DNA from: Trypanosoma brucei
Taxonomy: Eukaryota
NCBI GenBank assembly: GCA_000002445.1
Contig: CM000208.1
Span: 2,720,001-2,784,000, forward strand
DNA length: 64,000 bases
Direction of reading: 5' to 3'
The notes under the pieces were generated by a model. It did not search any database. It was not told the DNA's origin and saw nothing but the letters and a program-made list of their open reading frames with translations. The first letter of the stretch is position 1; each line of letters starts with the position of its first letter. This document shows, piece by piece, positions 22,471 through 34,200 of this stretch. A program made the translations under genes and the position numbers.

Positions 22471-22637
22471 ACCGCTCCCCTTCCTTTTCTTTTCCTTATT
22501 TCCCTTCGTCACTTCCATCGGGCTGCCGATGACTGCATGTGGCTATGCTGCTGCTATCGTGGCATCTGATTTTTCACTCGAGAGGGGTCTCTTCCTCTTA
22601 ATTATGTTTGCGCTACTGCTTGTTCTTCCCTTCCCGT
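22471..22637 (+). promoter_or_regulatory. two polypyrimidine tracts upstream of RPS3 (candidate spliced-leader acceptor region)
   Basis: accgctccccttccttttcttttccttatttcccttcgtcacttcc (22471-22520) and ctcttcctcttaattatgtttgcgctactgcttgttcttcccttccc (22587-22637), with a downstream AG at gcag/ggagg. Confidence 0.45.
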
Positions 22638-22747
22638 GCAGGGAGGAAAATGATCTTGCCCATTCTGTTTTGTAAAGTGGACCGTCAATTCGAGAATCGA
22701 CACCGAACCACAAGCCAAGGTCAGCGATACTTAGCACTGAAGGAAGG

Positions 22748-23392
22748 ATGGGGCCTCTATCTAAGAAGCGCATGATGGTGCGCGATGGGGTCTTCTACGC
22801 CGAGCTTTTCGAGTTCTTAAAGCGCGAGTTGGCTGACGACGGTTTCGCTGGCGTTGAACATCGTGTTACTCCCACTCGCACGGAGATTGTCATCCGTTCC
22901 ACAAAGACCCGCGAAGTCCTCGGTGAGAAGGGCCGCCGCATCCGTGAGCTAACGGCTTGCCTTCAGCAGCGGTTTAACTACAAGGAAGGCAAACTGCAGC
23001 TGTTCGCCGAGCGCGTGGAGGTGCGTGGACTGTCCGCAATGGCGCAGGCCGAATCCCTGCGTTTCAAGCTTCTCAGCAACCTTCAAGTGCGCCGTGCGGC
23101 CATGGGCATCATCCGTTACGTGATGGAATCCGGCGCAAAGGGCTGTGAGGTGACAATTGGCGGAAAGATCAAGGGCCAGCGCGCGAAGAGTATGACATTC
23201 CGTGACGGCTACATGATTAAGTCGGGTACTGCTCACAAACACTTCGTTGACACGGCCACCCGTCATTGCCACTTGCGTGCAGGCACCATTGGCGTAAATG
23301 TTAAAATCATGCGCCCACAGAGTATGATAGAGGAAGACGAGGTACTTCCCGATGTGATCACCGTGATTGAACCCAAGACTATTGAGGCTTGA
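22748..23392 (+). CDS. RPS3: 40S ribosomal protein S3 (uS3)
   Basis: Near-collinear match to eukaryotic uS3: [61 protein letters not shown]...[62 protein letters not shown]...VNVKIMRP. Two polypyrimidine tracts (22471-22520 and 22587-22637) precede the ATG. Confidence 0.95.
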   Translation: MGPLSKKRMMVRDGVFYAELFEFLKRELADDGFAGVEHRVTPTRTEIVIRSTKTREVLGEKGRRIRELTACLQQRFNYKEGKLQLFAERVEVRGLSAMAQAESLRFKLLSNLQVRRAAMGIIRYVMESGAKGCEVTIGGKIKGQRAKSMTFRDGYMIKSGTAHKHFVDTATRHCHLRAGTIGVNVKIMRPQSMIEEDEVLPDVITVIEPKTIEA

Positions 23393-23821
23393 TCATGGAA
23401 GTGGTGGGACAAATGTGATTAGGACTGCAAGGGTAGTTTTCGTGCGTGCCCTTGCGAGTTCTTGTATTCCTCGTTTGACGGAGCCCTTGATAATTTTCTA
23501 CGGTCTTTTTCACCTTTTTTTTCTTTTGCTTTCATGACTTTAAAAAAAATAAAATGCCCTTTACCTTGCTGTGCTAGCGCTGCGGGGGAACGTACGCGGG
23601 TGTGTACGCCCTCCGGTTGTCGGCTGCAGAGGTTTGCCCCAGCGTCAGGGATGTATAAACCTAACCCGAAGAAAGATGATACTTGATTTCGTTGCTTTCC
23701 CCCATTGTTTTTTCTGTTCTACATTAGAACGAAAAGCACCAAAGCCCACTGACCTCTTATTTGCGAGATTCCGGTGGGTGTAGGGGCTCATTTCTTGTTT
23801 CCCTTGCCGTAGGCTAGGGGG

Positions 23822-26050
23822 ATGGACAATCAGCGCAATACAGAAAGGCAGCCGCAATCTGAGGAAGAAAATGCGAAAAGTGATGTAAACGTATTAGAAA
23901 ATTCATGTAGTGGGGTGGTGAGGTCTTTCCCGTTACCATTCATCAGGAGGGAGGGTGCGACTGCGGCAGGCAGCACTTCGTTTTCACATGCTTTACTCGT
24001 ATCTGGGAGCAAAAATCGAAGTCAGTCGGAAACATGCTCTTCGGATTCGAGTGGGGCAGAACGAACAAGTGGCCAGATAACGTTGTTGCAGACAGGGGAT
24101 ATTGGCAGCGACTGTTCCTTGTCGGAGGACTTCCAAACATCGACCACAGGACATACGGAGAGGTTACGGTTGTGCGCCCCCCTTCGAAAGAGGGATTCCG
24201 AAACCACCAAGGACCCCCGGATAACGCGAAAATGTCTGTTAAATGCATTCCCTGTGTCGTTAAAACATATTGCTGTCGACGAAGTAGCCGCGGCCGGAAT
24301 GAAGCCCGGCGATACTGTGATTGCAGCAACAAGCGGTTATCATCATCAGTTCACGGAGCAAACGCTTCTGGAAATTCACGGGTTACTTCTTCGTACTGCC
24401 GCTGCTGCTGAGGCGAGGAAGCAATATTTAATGGCTGGCGCACACATGGAAGCCACGAGCGTTGGCCGTCGAGTTACTGAAGGTCTCATCGAGGGGGAGA
24501 GTGCCCGAGATCTCACTGTCTGGAGTGAAGGATGGTATAGGCATCATCCGTCTGTCAGGGGTGGAGTCCTGACCGCAGTTACTGTGCGGCCGCCGCAATT
24601 CAAGGCGGGGATGCTATGGAATGGTGAAGACAAATTCCTTTTAGGGGGTACCGCTTTTGTTGAGGAAGCGCGTATTCTGCAGGTGAAAGTTCCTCACTCT
24701 CAGAATTTCCTGCAAATGGTTAGCAATAGCACTACTCTATGCACAGAGGGAAGTCGCGTTACGAAGGACCAATGGACCGAGAGCTGCGACGGTAGTGATG
24801 CGCGGTCCGAGCCGAAGAAGGTAGCGCACTTATTAGTACGGGAGTATAGTTCTATTTCCAAGGTGCGTGGGGGCACTATGGTGCAAACGTTCTCTCTTAT
24901 ACCAGATCATGTGCAGGGCAATACGCAACGGAGTCTCATCTTGCAGCGTGGTCAGATAACGAAGGTGCTGAGTGAATGCGCACCCGGTGCTGTGACACGC
25001 GGGTTTTCACTGCAACTGCTTCTTCCCTCATCATTACGTAGCGAACTTGGCTCAATGGCATATGAAAATCCATTTTCCACCCGAGATACTGACTCTAACA
25101 TACTCGACGATGGTGGTGGTGAATGTGGTACGTTCTGTGCAAATGAGAGCACATTCGCCAACACCATGAACTCCGACTTTATGTCTTCAACAGCCACACT
25201 GATGATGAACCGCACGTCGAAAGTACGCACGACGGTGCGGCAGCCGTTGGGCGACGAAACGTATCTTCGGTTTGCGAACCCCAAACTTTATGCGTTTGTG
25301 ATGCAGCAATCGCCTGCTATACTAACTGCCCATACGAATGCTATACGTGAATACATACTTTACCATCACCGATTCCGGATTCGACGCAAAATTGCGGAGG
25401 TTATGCAGGCAATCCGTGCACTGCAAGGGTTTTTCCGTCACTGCTTGGGGCGCAAGAAGCGAGCGATTAAACGTATGCTTCGACAATGGCGTCGACTTGA
25501 ATATCAGTGCCGTGCTCGGTTGAAGAAGCAGACGTTTGAGGCTCCCAATGTGAGCCGCATCAGTTATGTTGTTGGAAGCGTTCTTTGGGAGCATGTTGTA
25601 ACGACAGACGAGTACAAGCTCAACATGCTGGAGGAGCAGATGAAGGCGCGACGGGCGGGGTACTTGCGGTGGTGTGCTCAGCGTCGTGAAGAGAATAGGA
25701 TGATGCCTAAGGTAAATGAAAGCAGTGAGTCAACAGAAGTTAGGGGAATTGGAGATCCTCGCGGTGCGAGTACGGTACTTTCGCCAAAAGAACTTAGCAC
25801 TGGAACAATGTTGGTCTCAAGGGAACAACCAAGGTTGGATTCTACCTTGAACAAGTCTCACCACAGGTGGATCGCTAAGTGGAGGGATGTGGTACACGCC
25901 CGATTTGGTTGGTATATTGAACCGGAAGTGTTACTTAGGGAGAGTCACCGTCGGCTCCTCCATTCGCTGCGGAACACAATTCTAACTATGGCAGACGTAC
26001 AAGCAGCGCTAAAGAAGAGGGGCGAAGAGGATGAGTTTACGTTGATGTAG
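23822..26050 (+). CDS. hypothetical protein (742 aa) with IQ-like calmodulin-binding motifs
   Basis: Long ORF with an ATG start. The IQ-like basic amphipathic segment is IREYILYHHRFRIRRKIAEVMQAIRALQGFFRHCLGRKKRAIKRMLRQWRRLEYQCRARLKK. The rest has no identifiable fold. Confidence 0.6.
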   Translation: MDNQRNTERQPQSEEENAKSDVNVLENSCSGVVRSFPLPFIRREGATAAGSTSFSHALLVSGSKNRSQSETCSSDSSGAERTSGQITLLQTGDIGSDCSLSEDFQTSTTGHTERLRLCAPLRKRDSETTKDPRITRKCLLNAFPVSLKHIAVDEVAAAGMKPGDTVIAATSGYHHQFTEQTLLEIHGLLLRTAAAAEARKQYLMAGAHMEATSVGRRVTEGLIEGESARDLTVWSEGWYRHHPSVRGGVLTAVTVRPPQFKAGMLWNGEDKFLLGGTAFVEEARILQVKVPHSQNFLQMVSNSTTLCTEGSRVTKDQWTESCDGSDARSEPKKVAHLLVREYSSISKVRGGTMVQTFSLIPDHVQGNTQRSLILQRGQITKVLSECAPGAVTRGFSLQLLLPSSLRSELGSMAYENPFSTRDTDSNILDDGGGECGTFCANESTFANTMNSDFMSSTATLMMNRTSKVRTTVRQPLGDETYLRFANPKLYAFVMQQSPAILTAHTNAIREYILYHHRFRIRRKIAEVMQAIRALQGFFRHCLGRKKRAIKRMLRQWRRLEYQCRARLKKQTFEAPNVSRISYVVGSVLWEHVVTTDEYKLNMLEEQMKARRAGYLRWCAQRREENRMMPKVNESSESTEVRGIGDPRGASTVLSPKELSTGTMLVSREQPRLDSTLNKSHHRWIAKWRDVVHARFGWYIEPEVLLRESHRRLLHSLRNTILTMADVQAALKKRGEEDEFTLM

Positions 26051-27019
26051 CTTCCCAGTAGTATAGTTAAGGAAGTAGTCTCCTTTTTTGAGGGAGGAAA
26101 GGGGGGGGGGAGCAAGCACAAAAGAGAGAGAGATTTGGTTTATATTAGTGCTCTTATCGTTACCCACCACTGTTGAAAGTGCGCTTGCTCCCGTCTGTCG
26201 TGTCTCCTACTTTGGTTTTTGGTTGCATTTGGTGTTGGAGAGTGTCAGCATCACCCTCACTGCACTCTGTTTCTTTAAGAACTGTTTTTCTCTCTCTCTC
26301 CCTATAACCTTCCCCACATTTTTCTATTGTACTTAGTGCTGATGGATCAGTTGAGTTTTTTTTTTGTACAATGTGGTATATATCTAGCTACCCTAAGCAT
26401 GCATGTATATACATATATATATATATGTTTCCCTTCTTCGCGCTTGAGAACTCATCTCTTTTTTCTGTTGCGCGTGTTGGTTTGTAACTACCATTAACGT
26501 TTCATCTTTTTTCTTTTACTCTTTTACCTCGTACTTTTTTTGCCAGGTCTCGTATTTGCTGTGCCCTGCGGGACTAGTTATTATTGTTATTATTGCGCCC
26601 ATGTAATGGAACGGGCCGGTTTTTATATGTATATGTTAAATGGCGGTAAAGTAAAGAGAGAAAGCCAATGATGACCGTAAGGAGGGTGAAGTGGAGAACT
26701 GCGTGACACACGGGTCTGTGTGCAAATAAAGACCACGTCGCAGACTGAAGTAATAGTATTGGAAGGAGGAAAATGGGGAAATTTGTACCAATAGGTGTGT
26801 CTACTGCTGCTTGCAGCTGTTGTTGCCATAAGGGGGAATAAATGTTACCACTTATGTGCTGTTGCTTTATCTCTTTCGACCTGGAACACTGAATCTTGGT
26901 CGCTTTCTCTTTCTCTCTCTTTTTTTTTTTGATGTGCTTCTTTCTTTCCTGTCACCAAGATTCAATTTTCACTTTTTTCTCCTTCGTCTACACATTTTTT
27001 TCTTTTTTGCCCACTTTAG

Positions 27020-28252
27020 ATGGTTGGCGAAGATTCTAATTTAGGGGACCCGATGACAGGTCCTGCGGTTAACCTCCCCGCTTTCCAGTCATTGAGCCAA
27101 CCGGGTCTTTTCCCCCGCAGTATTCCACCAGACCCGTCGTTGCAGTGCCAAGTGCTCGCCGCTGAGTGGTGCGCTTCGCTTTCAATCGCAATGATTAATC
27201 TGTCGTCTGGCGATTTTTCCCCTTCAGCTAACTCATCGTCTTCGTCACCGAAAGGGGGATTCGTAGCAGCGGGTCTAGCAACGACATTATTCCATGATCT
27301 CTCTGCCCACTACGGCTCACATGCGCTGCGGCGTGGCGCAAGTCATCCTTTGGGACCGTGTTACCGAAGCAAGAAACGTTCACGTGCGGCGGGTCATCAC
27401 GATGGGCGAGGAGGAATATGGTCACTTAGGATGGCTCATCGGCTCTGGTGTCGCCGTTGTGGTCTACATCTTTGTCCCGGAAAAACAAAACTTCTGCGAT
27501 CTCCGTGTGCTCCTTCAGTATGTTCCCTAGAAGATAGTGAGGGTTTCGTTGGAGGTCCTGCCGCTGGGGAGGCTTCGCGTGCAAATCGGGGGCTGTACGT
27601 GTGTTGCCGTTGCCTCGCAGCAGAACAGCTACGTCACAAGAAGGAAATGGGATCATTTGTGCAAAGTTGCAAGGAAAGGAATGTGAGATATACCAACAGT
27701 GAGGAGGAGGAGGAGGAGGGCACTCACCTTTCCACTAGTAATCACTTAGCCGCTGCTGCCGCCGCTGCAGCCGTCGGTCGCACACGGCGAAGAAAGCGTA
27801 AGAGGCACAATGATGACGTTGTATCTGGAGATCGGGTGTCGAAAGATGGGCAAATTGCTTCCACTGTTGCCCTACGGAACCTACCTAAAGGCTCTTTGGT
27901 TCGAGGTAAGAGGAGTCGCGTGACGGTTCCCGGGGCTTTGAAGGCGCTGCCGCCTTCTCTGAAGAATGAACAAAAGACACACGGCATCGGTAGCATTGAT
28001 GAGGGCCGTATGACCGCGAGGAAGGCGGCACGCACCGAAACCTATGGTGATGTTAAGCGGGCCAACCACACTCAGGCAGGCTCTGAACCACCGGTTTCTA
28101 TGACTGTCGAGTTAAGACAAGTAACGGGTGCGCAACCGGGGCCGCTTCGCCCACTGAGTCGCCGGGGGACCGCTATACCTAAGAAGGATGGTGCATCAAA
28201 CGCAAAGTCGAACAATGCGTTTTCAAATACCATGTCGCGGCTTGGTCTCTAA
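27020..28252 (+). CDS. hypothetical protein (410 aa), Ser/Ala/Arg-rich and low-complexity, with a Cys-rich patch
   Basis: ORF with an ATG start preceded by a T/C-rich tract (26870-27010). Contains a CRRCGLHLCPGK...LYVCCRCLAAEQ cysteine cluster. Confidence is lowered because of its compositional bias. Confidence 0.45.
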   Translation: MVGEDSNLGDPMTGPAVNLPAFQSLSQPGLFPRSIPPDPSLQCQVLAAEWCASLSIAMINLSSGDFSPSANSSSSSPKGGFVAAGLATTLFHDLSAHYGSHALRRGASHPLGPCYRSKKRSRAAGHHDGRGGIWSLRMAHRLWCRRCGLHLCPGKTKLLRSPCAPSVCSLEDSEGFVGGPAAGEASRANRGLYVCCRCLAAEQLRHKKEMGSFVQSCKERNVRYTNSEEEEEEGTHLSTSNHLAAAAAAAAVGRTRRRKRKRHNDDVVSGDRVSKDGQIASTVALRNLPKGSLVRGKRSRVTVPGALKALPPSLKNEQKTHGIGSIDEGRMTARKAARTETYGDVKRANHTQAGSEPPVSMTVELRQVTGAQPGPLRPLSRRGTAIPKKDGASNAKSNNAFSNTMSRLGL

Positions 28253-28626
28253 TACTTCGCTCGTGGAGGCTACTGCTTGTTTTTGCGCGCGTGCTTTTTT
28301 TTTTTGGCGTGTGCGTGGTGCCAATGGGACATGTAGGTACGACGGCCTCTACGTTGTGTTTTTTTTTTTTTTTACGCCACTTCTCCTTGTTTCAGTTTCT
28401 AGACGGGAAGAAACGGGTGTCGGAAACGGGATAGTGTCCTACGATTGAAAAGTTATTGTATTGTAAACCCCTTGGTATGGTTGCTGTCTTCTCTTCTTTA
28501 CGTCGCTACAGGACAGCTCGTCCTCTCTTTTTTTCTTTCTTTTTTTTTCCTTTTCGTGCGTTCGGACGCGGTCCTATTCTTCGTTGTGCCCTCGCCTTGG
28601 CGCAGGTCCTGTAAGCTCCTACAGAC

Positions 28627-30828
28627 ATGTCGTCGCGCTTAACGCTTCAGTCCTATTCTGCGTGGCCCATGAGTATCGATCTTGACATGCTCCGAGCGTA
28701 TACGGCTGGTCACTCCATTGATAAAACCTTGCGGTTAATGCTGGATGCTGCAGCAGCGTCCTTGAAGGGTGATGAAGGGCGTGGGTATCAGTCGCTACCC
28801 TCGCCAGGAACTGAGCTCTTTGTGCAGCACTTATCGGAATCCGCTGCTCGTGGACGTGAGAACTGCCCAGCGGAGTGTGAAGTAGAGGTTGCGCCTCCCA
28901 GTGATGACAATTGTGTGATCAATGAAGAGTGTAGGAAAGAGAACGGTTCACTGTTGGAAAAGGGGAGTGCACCATCTAGCAGCGCAAGGCGCACGTTCCA
29001 TGAAGAATTACAGCGGATATTGGCCGTTACAGCGACTGAGAAATCCGTATACCTGCGAAAGGAGATTGAGGAGCAATTCAATATATTCGATGTGTTGCGT
29101 GATAATTACCTTGCGACACCTTACGCCTTTCTCTCCAGCTATGCCATTTGTATGCCCTTGAAAGATCGCCGGCTGCTAGTGGAGGAATATTACAGTGTCA
29201 ACGAGGAGGTGCTCAAATTCTTCTTTGGAGACGGTATGCACAAAATGGAGCCTGACGGTGAGCCGGAAACGCGCTTTCTTTTTTGGAGTCGGCGCCCGAA
29301 GCGCTGTGACGATCGTGAAAAGCTCAGATGTGCAGGTATTAGCGACGGCTCTCTAAAGCGACAGTGGGAAAACCTCAAGCACGTGTGCACTTTCTTGCAC
29401 TCTGCGTATCGTGGACGTGGAGGCAAGGTGATTTCGCGGAACACACCCCTGTTAACAGCTTTACAGCGATGCTTTGCTCTCCGTGGCCTTTTGGGGGTAG
29501 ACTACGCTACCTTTGTTTTTGGATTTGAACACCAACTAAAGAATCGTTTCTGTGAAAAATTGTCATACGCGGAATGCACGAATTTGTGCAATGTCTTAGC
29601 CACCATGTGGTGCGATGGGTCGAGGTTGATGCTGAGGCAGAGTTTCTGCAATGCATGCGCACGAATTGCTCGTCTGCTCGACGAAAACCGTGTGATAGCA
29701 GAAATTCATCAGATGATGTTTGGGGAGGCGATGCGACCGCGGTGGCAACAGCAGTTGGATGGGATGCAGCGCGTCATAGCAACAAATAAGGGTGCCTGTA
29801 GTGCAAACAACAGCCGAACTGAGGTCGCGACCCCAGCGCCAGTGGCACCACCAGCAATGGCGAGCGTTTCTGTTGACGTACTCCCACCGGACGCTGATGA
29901 CCGATTTCTTGATTCGGATTCGCGTTCCCGTGTGGTATCGGCGGATGTTTCACTAAAGAGGGAGGGGGATTCGTGTGCCTTCGCCTCATCACATGGGGTC
30001 CCAGCCGCTTGTCAGGACAGTAACAACACGGTCGCTACAGTCAACTTAACCGTTGGTAGTCCGGCGACAGTTGGTGCCGCCGTACCGTCGAACACCGGCC
30101 CAAGTTTTGCTCATCTTAGCGCCAACGGTGCATTTTCAAGAAGGTTCATTTTCGAATACTCTTCCATTATCAAGTTTTTGAGTCGCATTGCCGCTGTCAT
30201 TGGGAGCTCCGGGGCCATGTGTGAAGCTCTGGACATATTTTACAACCGAGTGTACGTTTCACTCGAGAGTTTGGGAGCGCGATCGGCATCCTCTCCAGGT
30301 GGTGAGTCCAACATCACCCGAACCGGAGCGGTTTCTTCTCCAGTGGTTGACACGAAGAGGAACAACACTGTTGTTGGTTTTTCCAAGCCTGTAGGTACTG
30401 TCACCGCCACTTCATGTGCTGATGACAGCGGTTTCGTTGCTAGGTTACCTAAGTGGAGTCAGTCTAATTCTGATGAAAGAGTTCCTTTGTTGCCCGGAAC
30501 TCCCGCTAGTGGGGCTGCCAGCGCACCTTGCGTGATCGAAGCGTGCACGCGGTGCTCGAAGGGACAACAACTCCCCGTCATGCAACGTACAATGTCGTGT
30601 GCTGGTGTCGCGTCGAGCACTAACATCGCTGGGGCGGCTGACTGGGGCGTCCACCTCCGAGAGGCGTGTGTGTTTTTCAGAATGTTGCCGAACGTTTTTG
30701 CGAAACTCACTCAAATCACGGAGGAGGATCACCTGGAGTGTGACAATGAGTTTACAAGTTTAGTAGTTACACTTAAGATGCTTGTGCAAATCATTATGGC
30801 TTCTGAAGATCGTAATATTGCCGGTTAG
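28627..30828 (+). CDS. hypothetical protein (733 aa)
   Basis: Long ORF with an ATG start and a T-rich tract upstream (28480-28560). No recognisable domain. The C-terminal third is Ser/Ala/Val-rich. Confidence 0.6.
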   Translation: MSSRLTLQSYSAWPMSIDLDMLRAYTAGHSIDKTLRLMLDAAAASLKGDEGRGYQSLPSPGTELFVQHLSESAARGRENCPAECEVEVAPPSDDNCVINEECRKENGSLLEKGSAPSSSARRTFHEELQRILAVTATEKSVYLRKEIEEQFNIFDVLRDNYLATPYAFLSSYAICMPLKDRRLLVEEYYSVNEEVLKFFFGDGMHKMEPDGEPETRFLFWSRRPKRCDDREKLRCAGISDGSLKRQWENLKHVCTFLHSAYRGRGGKVISRNTPLLTALQRCFALRGLLGVDYATFVFGFEHQLKNRFCEKLSYAECTNLCNVLATMWCDGSRLMLRQSFCNACARIARLLDENRVIAEIHQMMFGEAMRPRWQQQLDGMQRVIATNKGACSANNSRTEVATPAPVAPPAMASVSVDVLPPDADDRFLDSDSRSRVVSADVSLKREGDSCAFASSHGVPAACQDSNNTVATVNLTVGSPATVGAAVPSNTGPSFAHLSANGAFSRRFIFEYSSIIKFLSRIAAVIGSSGAMCEALDIFYNRVYVSLESLGARSASSPGGESNITRTGAVSSPVVDTKRNNTVVGFSKPVGTVTATSCADDSGFVARLPKWSQSNSDERVPLLPGTPASGAASAPCVIEACTRCSKGQQLPVMQRTMSCAGVASSTNIAGAADWGVHLREACVFFRMLPNVFAKLTQITEEDHLECDNEFTSLVVTLKMLVQIIMASEDRNIAG

Positions 30829-31122
30829 CTGTGTTAAGAGTTGGTTGCGGGGCTGGAAGTGTTGTTATCTTCCCTCTTCGTTTTGCCTTGGGTGCACCAG
30901 TTGGTAGACATCGGTAAGTTTTCGGTTGCACCGTTTTCTGCCCGAGCTGTTTAAATGTGTGCCATAGAAATATTTAGACAAAGACGGCGTTGTCGACCAC
31001 TTTTTTAAATCTCTTTTCGTCAATTTTTTGTCTCGTTTGCGCGTCGACAAGGAAGAGAAAGGTTGACCAAGGGAGAGGGATTGCCTTTTCAAAAAAAATA
31101 AAAAATAAATCTGAAGGAGGGG

Positions 31123-31176
31123 TTCTCTTCCTCCTTTCGCACATATATTTTGTATTAGAGCTTCTCCCCCTTTTTA
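31123..31176 (+). promoter_or_regulatory. polypyrimidine tract upstream of the WD40/EF-hand gene
   Basis: ttctcttcctcctttcgcacatatattttgtattagagcttctccccctttttag. Confidence 0.4.
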
Positions 31177-31261
31177 GGTGGTGGTGTGTACGTGTGTGTA
31201 GATCTGTATTGTTGCGTTGCAGTTCAGAGCGGGCGTGTAGAGGCGAGGGTTCAAGACTAAA

Positions 31262-34200
31262 ATGAATAGGTCGCCCGTAAATTTTTCAGAAAAAAATGCG
31301 CATGGTGATGAACCCGTCACAGCTCCACGGGTGAAGCAGTATGGTGGTGTGGAGCCTCGGGACATGTACAGCTTACCGAGTGTGTCTGTCCGCTCAACTC
31401 CGGCCCTTATGACTTCAGTTGACAGTTGCAACCGCTCTCCGCAGTGTCGACGGCCTTCCCTGACGCCACGCCACACATGTAACGCGGTGTTTGCTGGAAC
31501 GCAGGCACACGGTGAGCGAAAAGACAGACGCTTGATGGTGCTTGCCCCACCAAAGGAATCAGATGGGCCGCGTTGTATCCGGCTTGCGCCAAATGGAACG
31601 TTAGGATCTGTTCATTTTGAATCTACGAATGCTACCGGGAACCGGGACACTGCAGCAGGCGAGGAAGGTTTGGATGAAAGCGGAGCGTACTCCCAAAGTT
31701 CGGATGTGCCACCGCTCGAAGAGCAACTTTGTTTGGAGGACCTGCAGCGGCTCATGCTGGTCTTCTCTTCCACTCCCAGTTTACCCCCCGTCAATGACGA
31801 TGCTTCTTTTGAGAGGATGACTGATTTTCGTCGCTGCGGCGCTGCTCTTCCCAGTCAGGCCAATTCTAGTTGCACGAACACGGAAACAAACGTAAAAGAG
31901 GATCAATCACAGGGTGAGCAAGCGGCATCTGTAGAGGAGAACGTGGGAAAGGCAGGGTCACTTGTGCCCAAGCGCTCTTTTATCGTAGAAAGAAGAAACA
32001 AACCTCGCGGTGCCTTGACGGTTAACTCGCGCAGTGGGCTAAAGTTCGTGTTTGAGAATAAAGAAGAGCTGCAGCGAGTCCTTACACAGGCTTGGGACTG
32101 CAACCAAAACTTTGACAGAACATACTCCCGCGCTCTCAGTGAGGACGAGTTTTCTCAGGCGGTCAGGCGCTTAGTGCCCGCTGCGGGGGATGACGAGATT
32201 ATGGACCTGATGAAGAGGGTAGACTACGAGGCGAAGGGAACTATCAGTTGGGATGATTTTGCTACTTTTCTGGTTTCTCAAGGGAGACACCACTCCAACC
32301 TTTCCCAGGGGACATTTGGTGAGTTTAGCAACGTGCCTGATCCGGAATCTTGTTTCCCGTCTCAGCAGCACGTGAATGGTACGTGCATGGAGGCAGATGG
32401 GCAGCGTAATATCTTACTTACAGGTGGATCGGAGGGGACCGTGCGCGCATGGAACCTTAATACACTCGCTAGCTGTGGTGTTGTCTTCAGTGGGGACTGT
32501 TGGGTTGTCGGCGTTCATTGGGCAAATCATATTCAGGGCATTATAATTGTAACGATGGATCGGCGGGTGATGATTCTGGACTCCAAAACCCTGGAGGTCC
32601 GGCGCCTGTTTCGTGGTCGCCCGGTTGTAGACACATTCGAGGGTTATATGTATGCACACGACAGTGTGGAGACGGTCCGAGTTGGGGCATCGGTGGGGTC
32701 AAAGTCGGGGAAGTTAGGTAACCGCAACGGTGGCCTACCTGGGCGTCCATCGCAGAGGAAGAAAGATGTTGATGGCAGCGGGAAGCCAAAACCAGCGCCA
32801 GGGACAGGCAACATGTTTGGGGGTACCGCTAAAGGTTCTTGTGTGCAGTGCCACGTCGAGGAGTGCACCTTTGCTGGTTTAGTGGATGCTGTGACTTGTT
32901 CTCTTTACCACCGCACGGCGTCAAACGAGGATATGCTGCTTTTGGCCACGGCAGGAGGGGAGGTGCGATTCTACTCAATTCCACGGACAACAAAGCGGGT
33001 TGTCACACCTCATGTTGTCCTCTTGTTACACGAGAAGCGGATTAACAAGATGAGCATCTTTTACAACTCCAATGCATTACTAACTGCTTCCGATGATGGT
33101 TATGTCAAAATGACTTCATTTGACACGGGCGGGATGCTGCGGACGTTTCCCACCTCTGGCCCGTCACCACACGCGGCGGTACACGACTTCGACATCAATC
33201 CAAATCTGAGAATGCTTGTTACAGTGGGACCAGAACGCCACGGCATTGTCTGGGATCTCTCCCTCGACGTACCGATGGCCACACTTGATTCCCACAACGG
33301 CCCATGTCGATGCTGTGCGATGCAACTTGATCAGAGACAAATTGTGACGGTTGGGGCTGATGGGGTCATATTTATTTTTGAAGCACAAGGTTTTCGCCTA
33401 ATACAAATCATTGGAGTTGACCGCCTTCATCCCCAGCGTGTAGTCTCCGACCCACTGAGAAAGCGTATCATATGCCTTGCTGCGTTTCCCTATTCTCACG
33501 GTCGGAACCGAAACATGGCTTTGGCTTACTCCTCTAAATATAAGGGTCACATGGCTCCAATGGTGGGAGTTATGTATAGTGCCATCCATGATTTGATAAT
33601 TACCGTCGACTCAGAGGGTTTGGTCATGACTTGGAAGCGAGCTACTGGTGGCTCCTCATTCACCTTTCAGATCAAAGAGTTCTCGGACTCTGCTGTTATG
33701 AATGCGGCCAGGCTCACATGTTTTGCCCTCGACAAACTTGAGCGTCGGCTTCTAACGGGGTTTAATAATGGGGCCGCAGCAGTATGGAATTTAATGAACG
33801 GGCAGACAACAAACGTTATCACGGCTGCTGCGGAGGGCACCCAGCCTAGCACCGTTGCTCCTGGCGTGACTGCGCTTGGTACACTTATGCGTGAAGGTCT
33901 TACCTTTTTTATCTTTGCTGCGGGAGGGTGTCTTTATTCTACAAGGGAGTCCAGCACATTTACTATTGCAAGCGCGTCGAAATGGGAGGTTCCAGCGCAT
34001 TTCGGAGAAGTTCTTCATATAATGGCCGTATCGCCGCACTGCATTGTTTGCGGTACCTCTTACGGTGCGCTGTTTTTCTATCGCGTTTTGGCTGAGCGGC
34101 AGGAAGGCTCTGTTTTGTGGGTGATGGAAACTGTCGACATGTTGGCACGCTCGACTTGTAATGTTTCTGAAGCACGGCGTGGCGAACAACCTAGCACCGC

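Noticed and set aside
22748-23392. Apparent lack of a C-terminal extension in RPS3 (214 aa versus ~240+ aa in many eukaryotes)
   Set aside because: The reading frame ends at a clean TGA after ...VIEPKTIEA, and the downstream sequence is non-coding-like with a T-run. With no evidence of a frameshift it is taken as genuine.
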